From Mustelus asterias (taxonomy: Eukaryota): a stretch of 64,000 bases of DNA. The stretch's first letter is position 1, and each line of letters opens with the position of its first letter. The position numbers and the translations under genes were made by a program. The notes beneath the pieces are model-generated. The model was not told where the DNA came from. It saw nothing but the letters and a program-made list of their open reading frames with translations, and ran no database searches. Below are positions 1 through 10,045 of this stretch, one piece after another. Where the stretch lies: assembly GCF_964213995.1 (NCBI RefSeq), contig NC_135823.1:26040001-26104000 (forward strand), given 5' to 3'.

Positions 1-785
1 GTAGTGGCACCAAGCCATAGTAAACATCAGCTCAGGGGAGAAAGGCAAAAGCTTTGGAGAAGGAGCGGTGGTGAGAAGTGAGGGTCAGTAAGATGTGGCC
101 AGGAGACCATTGGAATAATACAAGACCAGGAGACATAGCAACAAAACAAGAGTCATGAATAAAAAGGTGTGTAAAATAAAATCAGTGGAGACAAGCAGCC
201 TCCTTCACCAAATGATCCAACCCTCCTTAGTGTAAATTAGTTGCCCCATTTACTGCCTGCCGCCTCTGAAGCCCTTCCTGAACCAAAAGAGAAATGAGAA
301 TTGGAACATTCTCAGCCTGACAGAAACCAGTTCCAGCAACAATTTGAGAGAATTTTGGGCCATTTCCTGGGGCTTCCTCCAGACTCTTGTCACATTTCAA
401 TGGTTTGGAATTCCTGGGATAGACTAGGAAGTTCTCCCAGACACGCTCCCTGACTGCAAGGTGCATGGTTAGATATTCAGACAAATCTCCGAGCCATTGC
501 CAGAATTCCTTACACAGGGAAAATGAGTTGATTCCCAACGGATTGAGGCTTCACCTCATTATTCCATTGAATTAAACGAAGAAGCAACCCACCCGTGTCT
601 AAACCCAAACAGAGTGAATTTCAGGCTCAGTGCGAATACTCCACTGGAGACAGATCATCAGTTTGAATGTTTGCAAAACAGCCAAATGTTCCCTCCCTGA
701 AAACTCAACACAAATGTAGCATCCTTTTGAGGGCAATGATAAATGTGAAGGTACTCAGGCCAACAGTGTCACTCAGTGTAAACAT

Positions 786-1542
786 AACGGAGCCGATTCC
801 TCCATCCCGCTGCACTGCTGATGATTGGTGTGATCCGCAATGGGCATCCGGGCCTCTGCGCGTCTCCCAGCACCGGATTTCCGGCGGCGTCAGCTCCGTG
901 CCAGAAATCGGTGCGGAGCTGTATTATATATTCAAACAGTGATTTTAATATAATTTAAATATAATTAGCTGGCCTGGGACTGAGGTCTCTGGGCCCACTA
1001 GCCTCTACTCCCCACCCCCGCCAGGCGTATTTCACTCCAGCGGAGTTTAGTGGGAGCCCAGCCCCGCTGGAGTGAAGGGGGACAATTGAACCCCTCCCCA
1101 GAGGGTCAGGCGCCCGGGGGGTGCCTCCTGGGTATTGGAACCTTGGCAGTGTCAGCCTGGGCCCCCGGCACTGCCCAAGGGGCAAACCTCCAATGCCCAG
1201 GGGGCACCGTGACACTGCCCATCAGGCAAAGCTTAATGGGGGTGGGGCCCGCTGTGACCCTGCAGTCTAGATCCGTGGGGGAGGGAGGGAAGCCAATGAC
1301 TGGGGCTGGCCATTGGGATTGGGTGGGCAGGTGGGAGATCGAAGCAGGCCAGGAAGGGAGGGTGACGTCGAGGTTGGCCCCAGCAATCTTGGGGGTCCAA
1401 CGATCGGGCTATGGGGGGGAGGGGGGAACGGTACACAGAGTGTGGGTGATTCATTTTTAAACTCCGGGTGAAAAAACCAGCGGGATTTACTCCAGTTTTT
1501 ACATGAATTCGACACTTAGAATTTTTTGGGAGAATCGCCCTC
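786..1542. mobile_element. Non-autonomous DNA transposon-like insertion (possibly Harbinger-type MITE)
   Basis: Absent from the opposite arm; flanked by aacat; degenerate inverted ends (ggagccgattcctcc / ggagaatcgccc). Confidence 0.6.
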
Positions 1543-1722
1543 AACATCTTTAGAAGTGTAATAATTGCATCAGTGTTAAGATCCCTCAGAATAATCTGTA
1601 GTTTCTCACTATCCATCTACACATCTTGAATTACATTTTACATTACGGGTGTAAAATGCAGTTTTGAAGTGGATAAAAATCTACACATTCATATCCATTA
1701 CTGGCTGATTAAATGCACTCAC

Positions 1723-1775
1723 CCCCACATCTTTCCATACTTCTTGTAACATTCTGTATCAAACCCAAACATACC
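1723..1775 (-). CDS. CYP3A: CYP3A-like copy A, exon 3 (GMFGFDTECYKKYGKMWG); gene continues beyond the left window edge
   Basis: 53 bp, ccag acceptor and gtgagt donor intact, FDxECxKKYGKxWG motif. Confidence 0.92.
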
Positions 1776-3152
1776 CTGGCCAGGAAGAAAACAAAATCAT
1801 TAGCGACAGTATTCACATAATACTAAGACGAAAGACAATTATTTATTGCTATGTGTGATGTTTTAGGCCCCATTCAGAATGAGCATGGCGGCTGTGGGGT
1901 TGCGGGGTAGATGCAGAATTTCACACCATCTGGCCAGTTGTTGGTTTCCCAGCAGCAACATCACACCCCAGATCATTTTCCCCAAAGGCAGGATGCCTGG
2001 CAGCAGATCTGCCCGACCACAAGTGGCAAGTAGCCAATTCAGCTGGTCTGAAATGTCTGCTGAGGCCTACTGACCGAGGCTGACTGGAGTTGTGAGGGAA
2101 CTGTCGTTGCCTGAAGGTGGTCTCAAGGGGGTGGGGTGGGTCAGTGCTACAGGCAGGCTTTGACTCATTTGACTGCCTGGCTTCAGCTGCATCCGCAGGC
2201 CATTCCCTCCACATTACTGCCTGGCTGCTGGTTCTAAACTTCATTTACAACTGTGAAAAGTTAGAAATAAAAGGCGCCTGCTCTCATATTTACCCAAAAA
2301 GGCAGCCTGCTGCTTCGTTAGTATTGGGAAAGCCTTTCATTTGCCCTTCAACTTCTAGAGCCAACCCGTCATGCTTACTCTGCCTATTAGCCAACTCAGA
2401 GAAAGTCACTGCTGGGTGACTGTTGCCCACACAGTACCGGGCTTCTGACCCCAATTTAATTTGTCATAGGAAAGGAACATAAACAAAATAGAAAAGCAAA
2501 ATTCGGTGATCATTGCACGAGGTCAGGAAAATATGTAAGTCAATAATTAAATAATGGTGCATAGAAACAGAACTCAGCCATTGAACCCGTCAAGCCTGCT
2601 CCACCATTCAGTTAGATCATGGCTGATCATCAACCTCAACACCACAGCACTTTCCCACACTAACTGCAAATCTCTTCATGTCATTATTCTCCAGAAATCT
2701 ACCCCGTCCTGTTTTGAACATGGCTCAATCAATGAGTGTCCCCAGACCTCTGGAGTAGTGAATTCCAAAGATTTTACCCTCTCAATCTCAGAAAAAGGGA
2801 CAGGCCATTTAAGACAACGTTGAATGGTTTTAGACTCACCAACCTTATCTACATCCTGCCAGAACCTGCAGGAATTTTGAAAGTTTCAATTATGTCATTT
2901 CATAATCTTCAAAACTCAAGGGGACACAGAGTCAGTCTCCCCAATCTCTCCTCATAAGACAATCCCTTCTGTTACGATCCCAGTTGGTGTTACTACTAGA
3001 TGGGAAGGTGCTAGAATGGAACCCTGGCTCAGAAGACCATAATGTTATCTTTAAGAAAATATGGAGGAACAGAGTCACAGGAATGCCAAATATCTTTTAA
3101 TAACAAAAAAACTTTATTAAACATAAAAAATTTGATTATAATACAATACGAC

Positions 3153-3441
3153 GGGCAGCGCGATGGCACAGTGGTTAGCACTGCTGCCTCACAGCGCCTG
3201 GGACCCGGGTCTGATTCCCGGTTTGGGTCACGTTCTCCCCATGTCTGTGTGGGTTTCCTCCGGGTGCTCCGGTTTCCACCCAGTCTGAAAAGACGTGTTG
3301 GTTAGGTGCATTGGCCATGCTAAATTCTCCCTCAGTGTATCCAAACAGGCGCCGGAGTGTGGTGACTAGGGGATTTTCACAGTAACTTCATTGCAGTGTT
3401 AATGTCAGCCTACACGTGACAATAATAAATAAACTTTAAAC
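3153..3441 (+). mobile_element. Shark-type tRNA-derived SINE (HE1-like head, taataaataaac tail)
   Basis: tggcacagtggttagcactgctgcctcacagcgcc head with A/B-box-like motifs; multicopy in the window. Confidence 0.85.
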
Positions 3442-3499
3442 TTACTCCATTACTCCCCCTTACCTTCACAAATATACATAGATTTCAAGGATAACACCC

Positions 3500-3794
3500 T
3501 GTGGTGAACCATCGTTGGTTCACCACTGGGGTTTGTTACTATGTTACTGTTGGGCTAGGGTGTTGTTACTGTGGGGGTTGTACTATGTTGTTGGGTTAGG
3601 GTGTTTACCTGTTATAAGAGTTATCATGGCACATTCCAGTGGGGTCCCGCCTCCGGTGGCGAGGTATAAGACCCCCTGCTCCGGCAGGACCCCTTCAGTC
3701 TGAACTGGTGTATTCGTGTTAGTAGTTCCATTGTTACTTTATTAAAGCCTTCAATACCGAAGCCTTGGTTCCATGTGCTTATTGACGCGCATCA
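3500..3794 (+). repeat. 5' LTR
   Basis: Identical by eye to 8058-8352; contains TATAAG and ATTAAA. Confidence 0.96.
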
Positions 3795-3853
3795 ATTTAA
3801 TAAAGTAAACAGAAAACTCACAACTGTACGACAAGAAGAAAAAAACAGAGAGT

Positions 3854-6800
3854 ATGGAACAGGTTCTAAAACCGGATCGTCTGACACTGGACCCACGTGC
3901 GGTCGGTGCAGCTAACACATTCGACCATTGGTGGAAGTGCTTTGAGGACTACCTGGCAGCCTCGGTAGCTATCACTACAGACAGTGATAGACTCCAGGTC
4001 CTCCACGCAAGGGTAAGCGACACGATTTACCTAGCCATTCGTGCAGCTCCCACTTACCAGGGTGCCGTCGAGCTCCTAAAGAAAAGGTACACTATGCCAC
4101 TCAACGAGATACATGCTCGTTACCTCCTCGCTACACGACGTCGGCAGTCGGGCGAAACCATGGAGGATTATGCCAATGAGCTCCTGCAGCTTGCCAGGGG
4201 TTGCGACTGTAAGGACGTCTCCGCCGAACAGTATATGTACGACCTCGCCCGAGACGCGTTCGTAGCAGGGGTAGGGTCCTCGTACATCAGGCTTAAATTG
4301 CTAGAAAAGGGGAAACTCAACTTGACCCAGGCAATGGAGATGGCCGTGAGGTTGGAGGCGGCGTTGAAGAGCTTGGCGCTGTACCCCGAGGACCACGTGC
4401 AGTCAACGTGGTTGGAGCAAGCTCAGCTCCCTCCTCGCCCCGCTAACCCGCGCTCCCAGATCGATTCGACGACGGCGGCAGCTCCAGGTGGCCAGCGATG
4501 CTATTTTTGTGGAGGGGCCAAGCATCCACGGCAACAGTGTCCGGCAAGAACGGCAATCTGCAGCCAGTGTGGTAAAAAAGGCCACTACGGCAAAGTCTGC
4601 AGGTCCAAGCCTAAAAACGGCAGTGTAGCTTGTAACCCTCCAGAACGGAGACAATCTCCTTCGGCATCGCAGTACCCACGAGGTCCGACCACGTGCGATC
4701 CCAGGATGGCGCCATCGTGGCTGACGGAGGAGGAGGAAGACCACCAGGAGTCGCTGCGCTTGGCGCCCTCGGCCACATGCGATTCATGGGGGCGGCCATC
4801 ATGGTCCACGACGACTAGGAGCGACCAGCAGGGGTCCTCAGCGTCCACATCGGCAGCATGCAGCAGCGACCAGCAGGGGTCCTCAGCATCCACATCGGCA
4901 GCATGCAGTGGCGCCCAGGGGCCAACGGTGGCGTCGATCTCTCTGGATCAGACCAGGCATTACAGACTGGAACATTCTATGATGGAGGTAAAGGTTAGTG
5001 GCAGAACTGTGAATTGTCTGTTTGACAGCGGAAGCACCGAAAGTTTCATACACCCTGAAACTGCTAAAAGGTGTGGACTCCGGATTCTCCCTGCCAAACA
5101 GACAATTTCCATGGCATCACGGTCCCGGTCTGTACCGATCCAAGGACGATGTATGGTAACTCTTGAGGTACAGGGCACAATTTACGAGCAATACAGGCTC
5201 CTTGTGTTACCTCACCTTTGCGCGCCAATTCTCCTTGGACTAAACTTTATGGCCCACATGAGGAGTGTGATCCTACAGTACGGTGGGCCACTCCCTTCAC
5301 TGGCAGTAGGGAATCAGCCGCAGCCTCCAAATTGCCCAAAGCGCCCCGCATGCAATCTATCCACCCTGAAAATTACTACACCATCCCTTTTTAAAAATCT
5401 GGTTCCTGGCTGCAAGCCCATCGCTACTAAAAGTAGGCGTTACAGCGCTGAGGACCGGATCTTTATTAGATCTGAGGTTCAGCGGCTCCTCAAGGAAGGG
5501 ATCATACAGGCCAGTGCTAGTCCGTGGAGAGCGCAGGTCGTGGTAGTCAAAAGCGGGAACAAACCTCGGATGGTCATCGACTATAGTCAGACCATTAATA
5601 GATACACGCAGCTGGATGCGTATCCTCTCCCGCGCATTTCTGATATGGTCAATCAGATTGCGCAGTACCAAGTGTTTTCTACCATAGACCTTAAGTCCGC
5701 CTACCATCAACTCCCCATCCGCCCAGAGGACCGACAATATACGGCTTTTGAGGCGGATGGTCGTCTATACCAATTCCTCAGGGTTCCATTTGGTGTCACC
5801 AATGGGGTCTCGGTCTTCCAGCGTGCTATGGACCGAATGGTGGACCAGAACGGGTTGCGGGCTACCTTCCCGTACCTGGATAACGTCACCATCTGCGGCC
5901 ATGACCAGCAGGACCACGACACTAATCTCCAACACTTTCTGCGCACTGCATCTCGCCTGAACCTGACCTATAACAGGGAGAAGTGCGTATTCCGTACGCG
6001 CAGGTTAGCCATCCTCGGATACGTGGTGGAAAACGGGGTCATTGGCCCTGATCCAGACCGTATGCGCCCACTCACTGAACTTCCCTTGCCCGCTAGCACG
6101 AAAGCACTGAGGAGATGCCTCGGGTTTTTTTCGTATTATGCACACTGGGTCCCCAACTACGCGGACAAAGCTCGTCCGCTCATTAAGTCCACGACCTTTC
6201 CACTTACGCCGGAGGCCCAATTGGCCTTCAAGGTTTTGAAGAGCGACATCTCGAAAGCCACGATGCACGCGGTGGATGAATCCATCCCTTTCCAGGTGGA
6301 GAGTGATGCATCTGACTTCGCCCTAGCCGCCACACTAAACCAGGCAGGCAGGCCCGTCGCGTTCTTTTCCCGCACCCTTCAAGGCCCAGAAATTCGGCAC
6401 TCAGCGGTGGAGAAGGAGGCTCAGGCCATTGTGGAGGCAGTCAGACACTGGCGCCATTACCTGGCAGGGAAGCGGTTCACCCTGATCACGGATCAACGAT
6501 CCGTGGCGTTTATGTTCAGTAACACGCAGAGGGGCAAGATCAAGAACGATAAGATCTTGCGGTGGAGAATTGAGCTCTCCACCTATAATTACGATATTAT
6601 GTATCGTCCAGGGAAGCTCAATGAGCCCTCGGATGCCCTCTCGCGCGGAACATGCGCCATCATGCAGGAGGACCGCTTGAAGGCTCTCCACAATGATCTG
6701 TGTCATCCTGGAGTCACCAGACTCTACCACTTCGTCAAAGCCCGCAACCTGCCTTACTCGGTGGAGGATGTCAGGTCAGTGACTAGAAGCTGTCGGATTT

Positions 6801-7972
6801 GCGCAGAATGCAAACCACACTTTTATCGACCAGACCGGGCACAATTGGTCAAGGCCACTCGCCCTTTTGAGAGGCTGAGTGTGGATTTTAAGGGCCCCCT
6901 TCCCTCAACGGACCGGAATGTCTATTTCCTCAACATAATAGACGAGTATTCCCGGTTTCCGTTTGTTTTCCCCTGTGCGGACACGTCAACTGCCACCGTC
7001 ATTAAGGTTTTCAGTGAACTTTTTACCCTGTTCGGGTACCCCTGCTACATTCATAGCGACAGGGGCTCGTCGTTCATGAGCAACGACTTGAGGCAATTCC
7101 TGCTCTCATTCGGGATTGCCTCTAGTAGAACCACGAGCTACAACCCTAGGGGTAACGGACAGGTGGAAAGGGAGAATGCTACAGTCTGGAAGGCTGTCCT
7201 ACTGGCACTGAAATCCAGGGGCCTTCCAGTCTCCCGTTGGCAGGAGGTCCTTCCAAATGCGCTCCATTCTATCCGCTCCCTCCTGTGTACGGCAACCAAT
7301 GCTACTCCCCACGAGAGGATGTTCTCATTCCCTCGGAAGTCGTCCTCGGGGACCTCATTGCCAGCCTGGTTGACGTACCCAGGACCCGTCCTTCTGCGGC
7401 GCCATGTGAGGGCTCGCAAGTCCGACCCCTTGGTCGAACCGGTCCAACTCCTCCACGCCAACCCTCAGTATGCCTATGTGGCATATCCTGACGGGCGAGA
7501 GGACACTGTCTCCATTAGAGACCTGGCGCCCGCAGGGGACGTAGCAACTCCTGTCGCTCCTATTCCCCCAGTCACGAATCCACTACTCCTCATTGCTTCC
7601 CCAGACGTGGCGCGGTCAGCACCGGGACCAGTGCACAACACTTTTACTCCCATGTACAGCTTGCCTGAGACTCGGAGATCGGCGCCACCATCATCACCAC
7701 CACCACTACGACCAAACGTTCCAGGATCCCCTGCACCATCGCCTCACCAGGGCCGGCCGGCCCGGGAGTCCTTGAGGGGACAGCCAGACGTTGCTTTGGA
7801 AAGAGCGCCACCACAAGCACCTGCTCCGGTTTCGCAACCGGTGTTGAGGAGATCGGCACCTGCTCCGGTTTCGCAACCGGTGTTGAGGAGATCGGCACCT
7901 GCCCCGGTTTCGCAACCGGTGTTGAGGAGATCGCAGCATCGGTGCGGTCCTCCAGACCGTCTGGACTTGTGA
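3854..7972 (+). CDS. Gag-Pol polyprotein, 1372 aa (gag zinc knuckles, protease LFDSGS, RT YLDN, RNase H DAS, integrase HHCC and DDE)
   Basis: CxxCxxxxHxxxxC knuckles; PR-RT-RH-IN order; VDFKGP, HSDRG and GQVER integrase motifs. Confidence 0.96.
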   Translation: MEQVLKPDRLTLDPRAVGAANTFDHWWKCFEDYLAASVAITTDSDRLQVLHARVSDTIYLAIRAAPTYQGAVELLKKRYTMPLNEIHARYLLATRRRQSGETMEDYANELLQLARGCDCKDVSAEQYMYDLARDAFVAGVGSSYIRLKLLEKGKLNLTQAMEMAVRLEAALKSLALYPEDHVQSTWLEQAQLPPRPANPRSQIDSTTAAAPGGQRCYFCGGAKHPRQQCPARTAICSQCGKKGHYGKVCRSKPKNGSVACNPPERRQSPSASQYPRGPTTCDPRMAPSWLTEEEEDHQESLRLAPSATCDSWGRPSWSTTTRSDQQGSSASTSAACSSDQQGSSASTSAACSGAQGPTVASISLDQTRHYRLEHSMMEVKVSGRTVNCLFDSGSTESFIHPETAKRCGLRILPAKQTISMASRSRSVPIQGRCMVTLEVQGTIYEQYRLLVLPHLCAPILLGLNFMAHMRSVILQYGGPLPSLAVGNQPQPPNCPKRPACNLSTLKITTPSLFKNLVPGCKPIATKSRRYSAEDRIFIRSEVQRLLKEGIIQASASPWRAQVVVVKSGNKPRMVIDYSQTINRYTQLDAYPLPRISDMVNQIAQYQVFSTIDLKSAYHQLPIRPEDRQYTAFEADGRLYQFLRVPFGVTNGVSVFQRAMDRMVDQNGLRATFPYLDNVTICGHDQQDHDTNLQHFLRTASRLNLTYNREKCVFRTRRLAILGYVVENGVIGPDPDRMRPLTELPLPASTKALRRCLGFFSYYAHWVPNYADKARPLIKSTTFPLTPEAQLAFKVLKSDISKATMHAVDESIPFQVESDASDFALAATLNQAGRPVAFFSRTLQGPEIRHSAVEKEAQAIVEAVRHWRHYLAGKRFTLITDQRSVAFMFSNTQRGKIKNDKILRWRIELSTYNYDIMYRPGKLNEPSDALSRGTCAIMQEDRLKALHNDLCHPGVTRLYHFVKARNLPYSVEDVRSVTRSCRICAECKPHFYRPDRAQLVKATRPFERLSVDFKGPLPSTDRNVYFLNIIDEYSRFPFVFPCADTSTATVIKVFSELFTLFGYPCYIHSDRGSSFMSNDLRQFLLSFGIASSRTTSYNPRGNGQVERENATVWKAVLLALKSRGLPVSRWQEVLPNALHSIRSLLCTATNATPHERMFSFPRKSSSGTSLPAWLTYPGPVLLRRHVRARKSDPLVEPVQLLHANPQYAYVAYPDGREDTVSIRDLAPAGDVATPVAPIPPVTNPLLLIASPDVARSAPGPVHNTFTPMYSLPETRRSAPPSSPPPLRPNVPGSPAPSPHQGRPARESLRGQPDVALERAPPQAPAPVSQPVLRRSAPAPVSQPVLRRSAPAPVSQPVLRRSQHRCGPPDRLDL

Positions 7973-8057
7973 ATCCTGTGATTTTTCTGTTATTGTCTGT
8001 TTATATGACCTGTTTTTCGTCCACCCCGCCACCTTTTGTTCTTAAAGGAGGGGTGAA

Positions 8058-8352
8058 TGTGGTGAACCATCGTTGGTTCACCACTGGGGTTTGTTACTAT
8101 GTTACTGTTGGGCTAGGGTGTTGTTACTGTGGGGGTTGTACTATGTTGTTGGGTTAGGGTGTTTACCTGTTATAAGAGTTATCATGGCACATTCCAGTGG
8201 GGTCCCGCCTCCGGTGGCGAGGTATAAGACCCCCTGCTCCGGCAGGACCCCTTCAGTCTGAACTGGTGTATTCGTGTTAGTAGTTCCATTGTTACTTTAT
8301 TAAAGCCTTCAATACCGAAGCCTTGGTTCCATGTGCTTATTGACGCGCATCA
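8058..8352 (+). repeat. 3' LTR
   Basis: Follows the PPT; identical by eye to the 5' LTR. Confidence 0.96.
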
Positions 8353-9951
8353 CACCCCATTCTGAAACATAAATAGCAGGTACCACTCAACTGATCTGTG
8401 GATTTCTTCTCAAATTTCCCCCAAATGATGGCCACATAAATGTTTCCAAACTCCACCCTCAAAAGGACACGCTTTAAAATCTTCTTTTAAACAATGCTTT
8501 CCCATCCGTTGTTTGCATCACATTTCCACCTCCAGGTCTTCCAACACCCCTTTCAGGGTTCTTTTGTCTTGAATGCTTTTAAACAAACTCAGAAAACTAT
8601 TTTCTCTCTCCACAGATGCTGCCAGGCATGCTGAGCTTTTCCAGCCTTTTTCTGTTGTGGTCAGTGCCTGATTGGAAGTAAAGGCCTCAAATATTGACTG
8701 GACTGAATATTGACTCATGCTGAAACCCAGGGCCTGATGAGCACATGCTGTTTCTCACTCTGCCTTTGTCCACAAGAATGGTTTCCAGTTGTCTGACGGA
8801 AAATCTTTACCCTCCGCCCCTCAACTCTACTGATCAAGTTATGGGATCTATTGAAGGAAGTGGCCCATGGAAAAGACTTCTCACCTCAACATTCAAAGAG
8901 ACATCACTGCAAAAAAGGACTGCCCTTGACATTCCACCTCTCCCAGAATGGACCTTCAATGACTTAACCTACAAGCATGTAGCCAAAAATGGCTGCATGT
9001 GATGGACATCAATACATTAGTGGCCAGAAGTATTGGAAAATCTCAAAACCAAATCGAGAAACATTTTGATAAAATGGATAAGCTGTGTTAGTATGAGATA
9101 TCGAGTTTTGCTATAGAATTTCACGAATAAAAAACATTCATTTGATGTCAAATCATTAGAGCAATATAGTATCCTGGACAAATTAAATCCTGCTGTGTAC
9201 TTGCTGCAAATTCCTTATGGACCAAAAGGGGAACCAAATCAGAAATTCAGTTAAAAATAGGAAAGAATGAATGCTAAACTTTTGATCTTTATCTGCTCCC
9301 TCATAAGAGATATAGAAGATCACAGGGACATACATTGTCCATCCTTCACAGAGCCATGTTCACCCAATGAATAGATGAGGCAAGGACATGGAGGGACATT
9401 AGCTCCATCGCATTTACTGCCTCAGGTGATTGGATGGAGGTGTTGCCTGAACGAGTAAATGAGATGTTAAACGGAGGCCTCATCTACCCTCAGGAGGATT
9501 TAATGTTTCTGTTGGCAGGACAGGAAACCCCGTCACCTGTTAAATTCTTCCCACTGTGTTAAAAATAGCAATAATTTATATGCCTTTTCGACTGGGATTT
9601 AGTCTTTGTAAATCAATGCATTAATTAGTTGAGCTGTTATATTTTTTCTTGTATTTATTGAACCAATTCAGTGAAGCACCAGCACTGCCAACTACAAGAA
9701 TTCCACTAGGCTGTACAATCAAACTAGACTCTACAAACACTTGGGATTATCCTCCAGGAGGGTTTCTCCAGCTTTTGACAGGTTCACTAAATGCCCAAAG
9801 CTTCCTGTCACCCAAACTACGCAGGAGCTTCTGTGAGGTCTCATCAGCTCTCAGTTACAGGAAGAAACAAGGCTATAGCAGAACAATTTAATAATAGGTG
9901 ATGTTGTAACTGGAGTTATTGACATGGTGGTGAAAGGGAAGATGAACAAAC

Positions 9952-10045
9952 CTTTCTGTAATGGTGAACTGTTCCAATGAATGGCAGCGGCCTTGGGCCC
10001 GGAACTCCAATCCGTTTAAATAACCCATATGGTAAAACACTGTAC
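9952..10045 (-). CDS. CYP3A: CYP3A-like copy A, exon 2 ([31 protein letters not shown])
   Basis: 94 bp, AG/GT bounded, proline-rich hinge PGPxPLPFxG; same size as mammalian CYP3A exon 2 as recalled. Confidence 0.92.

Larger units (their letters stand above)
3500..8352 (+). mobile_element. Full-length Ty3/Gypsy LTR retrotransposon (Mag-like gag), very recent
   Basis: 295-bp TG...CA LTRs, 5-bp TSD caccc (3495-3499 and 8353-8357), PPT aaaggaggggtgaa at 8044-8057, single intact gag-pol ORF. Confidence 0.97.

Noticed and set aside
227-2244. Short ORFs conserved between the two arms (227-538 with 25582-25839; 1921-2244 with 24595-24888)
   Set aside because: Conservation reflects DNA duplication or conversion of intron sequence; no recognisable domain.
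4403-8261. Alternative-frame and antisense ORFs in the Gypsy element, including a His-run ORF and the two identical LTR ORFs
   Set aside because: Shadows of gag-pol or of the duplicated LTR; no independent support and no env-like ORF.
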